DNA from: an uncultured Gammaproteobacteria bacterium
Lineage (GTDB): Bacteria; Patescibacteriota; Microgenomatia; UBA8517
Reading direction: 5' to 3'
NCBI GenBank assembly: GCA_964502815.1
Contig: CAZCXV010000001.1
Location: forward strand, 71,907-135,906
Length of the DNA stretch: 64,000 nucleotides
Each line of letters starts with the position of its first letter. Within the stretch, counting starts at the first letter, position 1. The notes beneath the pieces are model-generated. The model saw only the letters and a list, made by a program, of their open reading frames with translations. It made no database searches and was not told the DNA's origin. This document shows, in pieces, positions 48,439 to 56,884 of this stretch. The position numbers and the translations under genes were made by a program.

Positions 48439-50084
48439 TAATTAAGTATAGCTTGGGTTCTGATGATATAAAAGGCTGGTTCCCCACTAGGAGCAAAAAT
48501 CGTTTTATCCAGCCTAAGTTTAGGATCTCCGGAGAATTCTGATGGATACAGTCTAGCTGCAGGAAAAATGAAAATCGTGCCTGTGCTTCCACGTTCACTT
48601 GGCCAATCAACTTGTCTAAATTCAAACCGACCAACTTTTTCTGGCCTTATTTCAGCAGGATTTTGATAATAATCTTTGCTAGGAAGTAAATTAGCAGCCT
48701 GTGTTTGGTAAGCTTTCATTGGCACTATCTGATAGAAAAGCAGATTAATATAACTTTCAGTACGGGCATCGTCGATAACGACTCTTAAATTATCTGGTTG
48801 AGTTTTTAGATAGCCAGCAATTTGCTTGTAGCCATAATCCCAATCACGCCAGTAAAATACTGGTGTAAACTTTAGTAAGCTAAACATAAAGGTAGAAACT
48901 GAAAACAAAGTCACGATAACGTAAGAAATGGTTGCAAGTTTTTTCAGTTTAGTTGTCATTTGTAGCGCTTGATAAATACCAATTGCAATTATTATTGAAA
49001 CAGGCAACCAGAAAAGAATTGACCTATAAGTATGGAAAGGGTCACGCGTTAGGGCAGCAGGCAATGGTCCAAGAAAAAGCCAAATCAGTAAATACTTCTT
49101 GTTTTGCAAAAAACTATGCTTTATACCAAACTTGTTTTTGAGAATTGTCCACAAGCCGATAATGAAAAAAGGCAATTGCCAGAAATAGAAGACACTGAAG
49201 TTTGGCAACCTTCTTTGAACATTATAGTCTCCCTGCCAAAAAATATTTGCTGGAGAAAAATAATGCAAATATAAAGATAGGATTTCCCTGGGTACCAGGT
49301 AGAACTTTTGCCAATCTCCCGAATCGCTTCTGTAGCCAGGAACTGGCATGCTACTAGAAAAAATACTTACTCCCACTGCCCGGTGATAACCTGCAGCTTT
49401 AGTGGTCAAGCTCAAAACTGGAAGGTAGAGAACTATTGCCAAAACCGCTCCAACTATCCAAAGCTTCCACTTTTTCCACCAAGCTTTTTCTAGAATTATT
49501 GATATGGCAATAAATAAAGGTGCCACCGGTCTTGGAGCTTGATAACTATACATTGACAAAACAAAAGCAATAATGCTTAGTAAAAACCATTTATTTAGGT
49601 TTGACTGCTTAAACTTCAGCCAAAGATAAACTCCAAAAGCAAAAAACAGTAGTGATAAATTACCTTCAAAAGCCCCTCTACTATAAAAAATTGCCCACGG
49701 AGAAGTGGCTACAATCAAGGCAGAAATTAGACCAATTACTGGATTGTTAGTAATTTTCTTGGTCAACAAATAAGCAAGGTAGGTAAGTGCCACTCCAGAC
49801 AGGGCTGATAAAAATATGGCCGAAAATTCATTTGGTCCAAAGATGGCAAAAATAGGAACTGAAAGATAAACATAGGCAGGCATAAAAAATACTTCAAACG
49901 ACCTAAAAATGATTGGGTATTTTTGGCCAAACTCATCCGCTCCGGTTTTTAAGATCGACCAACTGTTAAAGCCCAAGGCAGCTTCATCTCTAAAAAAACC
50001 TAAGTCTGCAGACCCAAGATGGTAAAAACGCAAAACAATAGCCAGTGAAATAATTAGAAGTAATAACTTATTGTTAGACATCAT
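48438..50084 (-). CDS. GT-C (GT39/ArnT-like) membrane glycosyltransferase, DE-motif paralog 5
   Basis: FFRDEAALGFNSWSILKTGADEFG, SPW....SRGAFE, WDYGYKQ. Confidence 0.88.
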   Translation of the reverse strand: MMSNNKLLLLIISLAIVLRFYHLGSADLGFFRDEAALGFNSWSILKTGADEFGQKYPIIFRSFEVFFMPAYVYLSVPIFAIFGPNEFSAIFLSALSGVALTYLAYLLTKKITNNPVIGLISALIVATSPWAIFYSRGAFEGNLSLLFFAFGVYLWLKFKQSNLNKWFLLSIIAFVLSMYSYQAPRPVAPLFIAISIILEKAWWKKWKLWIVGAVLAIVLYLPVLSLTTKAAGYHRAVGVSIFSSSMPVPGYRSDSGDWQKFYLVPREILSLYLHYFSPANIFWQGDYNVQRRLPNFSVFYFWQLPFFIIGLWTILKNKFGIKHSFLQNKKYLLIWLFLGPLPAALTRDPFHTYRSILFWLPVSIIIAIGIYQALQMTTKLKKLATISYVIVTLFSVSTFMFSLLKFTPVFYWRDWDYGYKQIAGYLKTQPDNLRVVIDDARTESYINLLFYQIVPMKAYQTQAANLLPSKDYYQNPAEIRPEKVGRFEFRQVDWPSERGSTGTIFIFPAARLYPSEFSGDPKLRLDKTIFAPSGEPAFYIIRTQAILN

Positions 50085-50088
50085 TAAT

Positions 50089-50664
50089 CTACCTATTAAG
50101 GGTAATTACGATAAATAAAACTATTTCAAGCGCTGAAAATAACCCCAAAGCGATTTTTCCCTTTAAAGGCCAGGTAAAAACTCTTTGCAATCCCAATGCC
50201 ATAACCAAAATAAACGGAAGAGAAAGAAAAATTGTTTGATTAAAGTCCCGCCACTTGAACAAAAAAACAAACAGAAGTAAAACACTAGTAGTAGTTAAAA
50301 GAAAATTTTTATATTTTTTTATACTTTTACTTGTAAAACCAACCATCATCAAAACTAATTGAAAAACAAAGAACTTTTGTTTTTCTTCAATGCCAACTCT
50401 TTCTCTCGGATGACCTATAAAAAAATAGTTGCCAATGTCCAAGTTCTCCATAACAACAGCAAGTCTTTGGGCAACAAACTTTGTCGGCCAATTAATGAAA
50501 ATGGAATTTAGTGGACCAGGTTGTACTTTCCCCCTTTCCCAAACCACCTCAGTTCTAGCTTGTTGAATATCTTTGTTGAGTTCTAAATTAAACATCTCCT
50601 TTGGAATAGGAGCATACCAAAACCAAGGCGTCAAAAGAATCACTAATAAAGTAGCCAATATCAT
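50089..50664 (-). CDS. Small membrane protein resembling the central loop/TM region of the DE-motif GT-C family
   Basis: IFINWP...ENLDIGNYFFIGHPRERVG...KFF.FQL.LM.VGF resembles the paralog segment HNK...YFSP.FLF..GD.NPRH...G.LY....F..G. No N-terminal DE loop. Confidence 0.65.
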   Translation of the reverse strand: MILATLLVILLTPWFWYAPIPKEMFNLELNKDIQQARTEVVWERGKVQPGPLNSIFINWPTKFVAQRLAVVMENLDIGNYFFIGHPRERVGIEEKQKFFVFQLVLMMVGFTSKSIKKYKNFLLTTTSVLLLFVFLFKWRDFNQTIFLSLPFILVMALGLQRVFTWPLKGKIALGLFSALEIVLFIVITLNR

Positions 50665-50689
50665 CTAACAATTATGATACGATATGTGG
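50665..50689. promoter_or_regulatory. 25-bp divergent promoter region
   Basis: Plus strand: TGaTACGAT 50675-50683, 6 nt before ATG 50690. Minus strand: CATAAT 50671-50676, 6 nt before ATG 50664. Confidence 0.45.
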
Positions 50690-51370
50690 ATGAAATTGTC
50701 TGTAGTTATTCCAGTTCTCAACGAAGAAAAAACGATAAATAAAATACTCATTAAAGTTCTAAAACAAAAAAGCGCTGTTGAAGTAATTGTTATAGATGAT
50801 GGATCGACGGATAGGACGCTAGAAGTTTTAAAGAACTTCAGCAAAACAAATAAAAAAATAAAACTTCTTCGCCACAAAAAAAACTTAGGCAAGGGAGCGG
50901 CAGTGATCAACGGATTGAAAAAAGTAAGTTCGGACTATCTATTAATTCAAGATGCCGATTTAGAGTACAATCCTGATGAGTATATCAAGCTTGTGTCTAA
51001 GGTTAGTGCCGACACAGTTGTCTATGGATCAAGAATGATAAAAAAGAACACCCATGCTTATGAAAGAACATATATCGGAAACCTTGTTCTCACTTATATC
51101 TGCAATTTTCTTTTTGGAACAAAGCTAACGGATTCTTATACTTGCTACAAACTGTTGCCCACAAAGATTGCAAAAAAACTAAATCTTAAATCTCAAGGGT
51201 TTGAGTTGGAAGCAGAGATTACTGCTAAGCTTGCCAAAAAGAAAATTAATATATTTGAAGTCCCAATTTCATACTCACCACGAAAATACGAAGAAGGCAA
51301 AAAAATAAAAGCGCTTGATGCCCTTAAGGGAGTATTTACCTTATTAAGGATTAAGTTTACAAATTACTAG
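50690..51370 (+). CDS. GT2 glycosyltransferase, DPM1-like polyprenyl-phosphate sugar synthase (soluble)
   Basis: MKLSVVIPVLNEE, DDGSTD, N.GKGAA, QDADLEY.P, D..TCYK, EVPISY.PR...EGKK. ATG 50690 preferred over 50684. Confidence 0.92.
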   Translation: MKLSVVIPVLNEEKTINKILIKVLKQKSAVEVIVIDDGSTDRTLEVLKNFSKTNKKIKLLRHKKNLGKGAAVINGLKKVSSDYLLIQDADLEYNPDEYIKLVSKVSADTVVYGSRMIKKNTHAYERTYIGNLVLTYICNFLFGTKLTDSYTCYKLLPTKIAKKLNLKSQGFELEAEITAKLAKKKINIFEVPISYSPRKYEEGKKIKALDALKGVFTLLRIKFTNY

Positions 51371-52620
51371 TATTTACTTCTTTTCCAAATGACCAAAATA
51401 GCTACAAAGACTATTAAGTTTATACTCGCCAAAATATAAGACAACGGAGAGTTTATCAAAATATTCTCCAAAAAAGGCAATGGTGGTACCCAGAAAAGAT
51501 GATATAAGTTAACTAAGTTTGAAAGTGACAAAAAGACAAGTGGAATCAGCCAAATCGGATTCAAACCAACTAACAGCGTTACATAGGGGAAAAATGGATA
51601 AAGATAGCGTTCATGAATTCTGGTCATAAAAAGAAATGAAGTTAATGAAATCACTACTAAAATAGTAAATACTTTTTTTTCACTAATTTTTTTCATTAAA
51701 TAAAAAGAAGAAAATGCAATTACTGAAAGAAGGGTTATTATTCCCCAAACTCTTGCCGACAAGCCAAGATACGCGGCGGAATCCAAAGTCTTTCCTGAGT
51801 CGACCAGCCACCAAAAATTGAAGGTATTGGCCGTTAGTGAGCCAATTTCGCCTGGGAAAAATTTCTGGGTATACAGGTTGTATAAATAGATTGGCAGGTC
51901 AAAAGCGGGATGAAACCAAACAGCAATTGCAATCACAACCAAACAACTTAAAGCACATGCTTTCAGCCAAGTGTTAAATTTGTATTTTTGGAGTAAAGCA
52001 ATTGCAAAAATACTTGGAACAAAAATAGCCAATGAACCTTTAAACAGCAAAGATAAGACAGTGAAAACACCAGCTTTGACCAGTTTTTTATCCATTAAAG
52101 CAACAATTGCAACAAGTCCCAGTAAGTTAACTGTTGCATCAGTTTGACCCCAAAGAGCTGAGTTGTACCAAATTACTGGATTAAAAAGCCAAAGAAGGGA
52201 GATCTTCTCCCCTATTTTTTTCTTCCCCTTTTTAGAAAAAAATTTATATAAAACCACAGCTATTAAAAAGTCAGCGATTATTGCCGGGGTTTTAACCAAC
52301 AAATCCATGCCTTTCAGTTCCCAAAACCAAATAAATGAAGATGGAAAAAATGCAAGCTTGGCATTAAGATCCCAAGAGATATCGGCAACTGTTTTATAAA
52401 CAAACGACGTTAGAGAAAAAAGCAAAATATAGAGTGGTGGCTGATTGGGAGCCGAAAATGGCCAGGCTTTACCATCGTAATAATTTACCAACCCTCTTGA
52501 AACCGCCTCATTCCCCCAGGAGATGTTATTGTTTAAATCACCATGATGAGCTTGAAAAACAAGCCAAATTCGAAAGATGAAGGCAAGTATCACTAAAAAC
52601 AGCAGCAATTTTCTATTCAT
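51367..52620 (-). CDS. GT-C membrane glycosyltransferase (ALG6/ALG8/GT87-like)
   Basis: GDL....WG, NQPP, K.PAI.AD, FNP...NSA.WGQ.D, N.FN.W, HERY. Confidence 0.78.
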   Translation of the reverse strand: MNRKLLLFLVILAFIFRIWLVFQAHHGDLNNNISWGNEAVSRGLVNYYDGKAWPFSAPNQPPLYILLFSLTSFVYKTVADISWDLNAKLAFFPSSFIWFWELKGMDLLVKTPAIIADFLIAVVLYKFFSKKGKKKIGEKISLLWLFNPVIWYNSALWGQTDATVNLLGLVAIVALMDKKLVKAGVFTVLSLLFKGSLAIFVPSIFAIALLQKYKFNTWLKACALSCLVVIAIAVWFHPAFDLPIYLYNLYTQKFFPGEIGSLTANTFNFWWLVDSGKTLDSAAYLGLSARVWGIITLLSVIAFSSFYLMKKISEKKVFTILVVISLTSFLFMTRIHERYLYPFFPYVTLLVGLNPIWLIPLVFLSLSNLVNLYHLFWVPPLPFLENILINSPLSYILASINLIVFVAILVIWKRSKY

Positions 52621-52643
52621 CTGCTAAAATTGTATCATTATCC
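52621..52643. promoter_or_regulatory. 23-bp divergent promoter region
   Basis: Minus strand: TGaTACAAT 52629-52637, 8 nt before ATG 52620. Plus strand: TATCAT 52633-52638, 5 nt before ATG 52644. Confidence 0.55.
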
Positions 52644-53480
52644 ATGTTTAAAAAACGATTTTTTATAATCTCTCTAATACTGATTTATTGGCCTTTAAGT
52701 ATCTTTTTTGCCAACACTCCAAAGGATTTCCTAAATTATCTCTTGCCAACCTTATTAATTCTGATAGCCTATCTACTCTACAGAAGAAAAAACCAGTATT
52801 ATCTTGTTCCCACACTAGCTATTCCTTTTATTCAACCAAAATTAGCTGTTTTACCTTTAGTATTTGTGATAATTGATGGTATTTATTCTTTTAAATCGAA
52901 AAAGAAAATCAATAAATTTGTTATTATTGCTTCTCTAATTATTCTAATGCTCTTTTTTAAGCCTTTTAGAAACCAAAGCATCTTTGTAACTGACAATAAT
53001 TCTAAACAAGAAGTTATTCAAAAAATACATTTATATCCAAACATTCCACTAGCCAGACTATTTCAAAATAAAGCCAGAATTTACCTTGATAAATTAAACA
53101 ACAATTTTTTCTCCCTGACTGACCCAAGCAATTACTTCTTTGGCTTCCAACCAAGACAAATTAGCCTAAACAATCAAAATTTGGATAAATATCCATTTTT
53201 AACACTCATTCCTTTTCTTTTTGGCACCTATTATTTTGGCAAAAATAAAAACTTAAAGTTTATTTTAATAACTTTTATAGGATCAATCCTCACTCTATCT
53301 CTACTAACAAATTTTGACCGGCATGACTTTATCTTATGGCTACCAATAAGCTTAGTTATTATCTTTGGCTTAGACAAACTGGAAAGTAAACTGGCTAACA
53401 AAACTAAATATTTCAATTTTATTTTTGTTCTTTTCGGCATCGCCCAGTTACTCAGATTATTTGTCCAATATTTGAAATAA
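52644..53480 (+). CDS. Membrane protein resembling the central region of the DE-motif GT-C family
   Basis: LARLFQNK...NFFSLTDPSNYFFGFQPR...KYPFL..PFLFG. Similar to 50089..50664; lacks the DE loop and the C-terminal soluble domain. Confidence 0.68.
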   Translation: MFKKRFFIISLILIYWPLSIFFANTPKDFLNYLLPTLLILIAYLLYRRKNQYYLVPTLAIPFIQPKLAVLPLVFVIIDGIYSFKSKKKINKFVIIASLIILMLFFKPFRNQSIFVTDNNSKQEVIQKIHLYPNIPLARLFQNKARIYLDKLNNNFFSLTDPSNYFFGFQPRQISLNNQNLDKYPFLTLIPFLFGTYYFGKNKNLKFILITFIGSILTLSLLTNFDRHDFILWLPISLVIIFGLDKLESKLANKTKYFNFIFVLFGIAQLLRLFVQYLK

Positions 53481-53481
53481 T

Positions 53482-55137
53482 ATGAAGAAACTATTCCCAC
53501 TATTTTTAGTATTCACAGCAATAGCAATTGCCACTGTTACCAGATTTTATCTCCTAGGCATTGCTCCAGCAGGCCTATATCTTGATGAAGCCGGTCAAGG
53601 TTATAGCGCCTACTCAATTTTAAAAACCGGTAAAGATGAATTTGGCAAAGCATTTCCAATTGTCTTTAGATCATTTACTGATTTTAAAACCCCTATTTAC
53701 ATTTATTTAATAGTTCCCCTTATAAATATCTTTGGACTTACAAAATTTACAGTTAGATTTCCATCTTTTTTCTTTAGCATCCTTACTTTTCCAATTCTAT
53801 ATTTCTTAATCAAAGAGATAACTGACAAGAAGATTTCGACAGTTGTTGCGGTAACTACCTCTTTTCTATTTGCCATCTCTCCTTGGCACATTCTTTTTGG
53901 CAGAACTAACTTCGAATGCAATGTGGCCTTGTTTTTCTTTCTGACAGGAGTTTTACTATTTTACAAAGCTTTAAAAAGACCTTATTTACTCATGTTATCG
54001 GCAGTCTTCTTTGCCATAGCCATTCCCGCCTACCATGCTCAAAGGATCATTACTCCTCTAATGCTTCTAGCTTTGTTTTTTAGATACAAAAGCACTCTTT
54101 TAACAAAAACACATTTCAAGTACTTGATAATTGGTTGTATCTTGGGGCTTATCATTAGTCTACCAACGCTTTCTATTGCCAACTCTTCTGGCTTTTTAGC
54201 TAGAGCTAGCGGCTTAAATATTGTTTCACATTCCAGACAAAAACCAGCAGGTTACCTGGAAGACTATCAAGGACTATTGTCACCTATTGTCAACAGTTCC
54301 CTACTTTTAACTACCAGGGAATTTCTAGCACTATATCTTTCCTATTTCTCCCCCAGAAATATGTTTATCTTGGGGGACTCGGGACTAAGAAGCTCCTTTC
54401 CCGAACTGTCAACTTTCTTTCTTTGGCAGTTTCCGTTCTATATTTATGGCTTATATCTTTTAGTTAAAAGAAAAGATTTAGGCGAGCTGAAGTTTTTCAC
54501 CCTTGCTCTTCTTTTAATCTCACCTCTTCCTGCAAGCTTAACCCGTGATCCTTATTCAACCATTAGATCTTTGCAGATGGTGATTCCACAAAACTTAGTT
54601 ATTGGCCTGGCAATAGCTGATGTTTATCACAGACTGACAAAAACCAAAAAACTGATTTTCTACACAGTTTCACTTCTGGTAATTATTTACTCACTAGCAA
54701 AACTGTATAGCTCTGTAATTGTCTTGAATGAGTACTACCGAGGCCAACTCTGGAATTATGGCTGGGAAGAGGCAATACAAACAATAAACACCTTAAACAA
54801 GAACCTTCCAATTATCGTAGATAATTCCAGAGATGAGCCATATATTCATCTTTTGTTTTTCCTAAAGTATGACCCAGCAAAATATCAGCAAGACAACAAC
54901 GAAGTAAAAGAAAGCGAATACTACACTAATATGGCCAACGACAAAGAAAAACAGATAGGTATGATCGTCACCAGGTCAATCAATTGGGAAAAGGATTTGT
55001 TGCAAGAACAATACTTAATTGGAGATGAACTGGCAATTTCGGTTGGCCAAATAAAAGAGCATAACCTAACTTTGATAAAAGAGATAAAATACCCAGATGG
55101 AAATGTTGCCTTGAGAATTACAAAAACCAATCCCTAA
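53482..55137 (+). CDS. GT-C (GT39/ArnT-like) membrane glycosyltransferase, DE-motif paralog 6
   Basis: LYLDEAGQGYSAYSILKTGKDEFG, SFTDFKTP, AISPWHILFGR, EPYI.LLF. Confidence 0.88.
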   Translation: MKKLFPLFLVFTAIAIATVTRFYLLGIAPAGLYLDEAGQGYSAYSILKTGKDEFGKAFPIVFRSFTDFKTPIYIYLIVPLINIFGLTKFTVRFPSFFFSILTFPILYFLIKEITDKKISTVVAVTTSFLFAISPWHILFGRTNFECNVALFFFLTGVLLFYKALKRPYLLMLSAVFFAIAIPAYHAQRIITPLMLLALFFRYKSTLLTKTHFKYLIIGCILGLIISLPTLSIANSSGFLARASGLNIVSHSRQKPAGYLEDYQGLLSPIVNSSLLLTTREFLALYLSYFSPRNMFILGDSGLRSSFPELSTFFLWQFPFYIYGLYLLVKRKDLGELKFFTLALLLISPLPASLTRDPYSTIRSLQMVIPQNLVIGLAIADVYHRLTKTKKLIFYTVSLLVIIYSLAKLYSSVIVLNEYYRGQLWNYGWEEAIQTINTLNKNLPIIVDNSRDEPYIHLLFFLKYDPAKYQQDNNEVKESEYYTNMANDKEKQIGMIVTRSINWEKDLLQEQYLIGDELAISVGQIKEHNLTLIKEIKYPDGNVALRITKTNP

Positions 55138-55162
55138 ATTCATTTAGTTCCAGTAAACTAAA

Positions 55163-56884
55163 TTATTCATTTTTCCCGGAAAAAATATAAAATGCTGGTT
55201 CTCCAGAAGGATAGGTAATGGCTTTAATAAGTTTTAAGTCTGCCGGTGTTCTTTCTGGTTCCAGTATCAAGTTAACATTCACTTCTTTTGCAGATGCCAG
55301 ATACAAAGTTTTACTATCCAATACTTTTCCCCAGTCATACAAACCACCAACAGGCGAGCCAAAGTAGAATTTATTAATATGCGATACCTTTCCAAAACCA
55401 GCAAGTTCTACATCCCGCCCTATTGGGAAATCTTTCTGCCAGGAAGATGGATCGTATTGATATAAACTTGCAAAAAATATCCATGGTGGTTCGCCTCTAG
55501 TTGAAATTGCAACTTTGTCATAGTTTCCATCAATCTCATTTACAGACTGGATTGCCTGTTTAAAGCCTGCATGCCACCACCTTTCACTATACGTAGGATT
55601 ATGCACCCAGTAATTGTGTTGATATGAGAAAAAGAATAAAGCGAAAATAAATACATAGCCAGCCATGGCAAGTTTTCTGTACTTTTTGTTTTTAACTAGG
55701 TTTAGGCCTTCCAGAATTCCATATGAAACTAATATTGCTAAGGCTGGCAACATCAAGATAAGTCTGGTGGCATGATTGCCACCATCTCTGGTAATTGCTG
55801 CTGGGACGATTGAGGCTAAGGCTAGAAAGCCAATAACCAATTTTAGTTTTGTACTTATACTTTTGCTAGCAAAGAAAAGCACTATACCAAAAAGCAAGGC
55901 CACTGCCTCTATTTTGTAAAATAACCCCATACCCTCAATAGTGTGCCTAGGGTTTGGATCCCCACTATTAAATAAGAAGTCAGCAGAAAAAGGCTGGAGA
56001 TAGTTATTTAATACCTTTTCTCCCCAGAAAGTAAATTTATTGTGCACAAGTCTATCTAGTTTGGTTGGATTTAGGCCAGTTCCAGTTTCTCCCCTGGCTC
56101 TGGCGTCAATTCCTCTGGCAGTTCCTACTTCTGGTTCAGTTGTTGGGTCGCTAAAAACACTAATATAGCCAAACCTTTGGGCTCCACCTCCAAACACTGT
56201 ACTGTAAGCAATTGGCCCTCCCACTACTAAAAAGGCAATCAAAGCAAAAACTAAGTATTTCACTTTTACCTTAAATATTTCTTGCCTGTAAAGAAGAAAC
56301 AAAAACACCAATAGAAGTGGTGTAAACAGTTTTGCAGTACTATAAACCCAAGGGGTGAGCCCAAAACAAACCGCCGAAAGCCAAAAATGCTTTCCATCTT
56401 CTTTTAAGCCTTTAAACAAGAAATACAATCCCAAAATCAAAAAAAATAGAAGTTGAGTTACTTCAAAACCGGCTCGGGAATATTGAATATGCCAAGGAGA
56501 AAAAGTTAAAACTACTGCAGCCAAAAGCGCCCACTTCTCACTGCCAAAAAGTTGTTTTACCAGTAAATAAAGTGCATAAATTCCAAGTATGCCAAAAATG
56601 GCAGCTGGCAGCCTTACACCATATTCACTTAAACCAAAAACAGCAACTGTTGGCACAGCAGAGTACAAATATAATGGTGTTCGCCACTCAGCCAGTGAAT
56701 GAAAATGAAGTGGCATAAAGTTGCCATAGTAGTCTTTTCCAGTTTTTAAAATTGAATAGGCTTGATAGCCAACATCCAACTCATCACCAAACATACTCAC
56801 TGGAACTTTATCTAGAGCAGACATTCTTAGGAAGGTTGCAATAACTAGAATAGTTAGAAGTATCCAAGAAGATTTAATTTTCAT
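55163..56884 (-). CDS. GT-C (GT39/ArnT-like) membrane glycosyltransferase, DE-motif paralog 7
   Basis: MFGDELDVGYQAYSILKTGKDYYG, SLAEWRTP, SPWHIQYSRAGFE. ATG 56884 overlaps the upstream TGA (ATGA). Confidence 0.88.
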   Translation of the reverse strand: MKIKSSWILLTILVIATFLRMSALDKVPVSMFGDELDVGYQAYSILKTGKDYYGNFMPLHFHSLAEWRTPLYLYSAVPTVAVFGLSEYGVRLPAAIFGILGIYALYLLVKQLFGSEKWALLAAVVLTFSPWHIQYSRAGFEVTQLLFFLILGLYFLFKGLKEDGKHFWLSAVCFGLTPWVYSTAKLFTPLLLVFLFLLYRQEIFKVKVKYLVFALIAFLVVGGPIAYSTVFGGGAQRFGYISVFSDPTTEPEVGTARGIDARARGETGTGLNPTKLDRLVHNKFTFWGEKVLNNYLQPFSADFLFNSGDPNPRHTIEGMGLFYKIEAVALLFGIVLFFASKSISTKLKLVIGFLALASIVPAAITRDGGNHATRLILMLPALAILVSYGILEGLNLVKNKKYRKLAMAGYVFIFALFFFSYQHNYWVHNPTYSERWWHAGFKQAIQSVNEIDGNYDKVAISTRGEPPWIFFASLYQYDPSSWQKDFPIGRDVELAGFGKVSHINKFYFGSPVGGLYDWGKVLDSKTLYLASAKEVNVNLILEPERTPADLKLIKAITYPSGEPAFYIFSGKNE

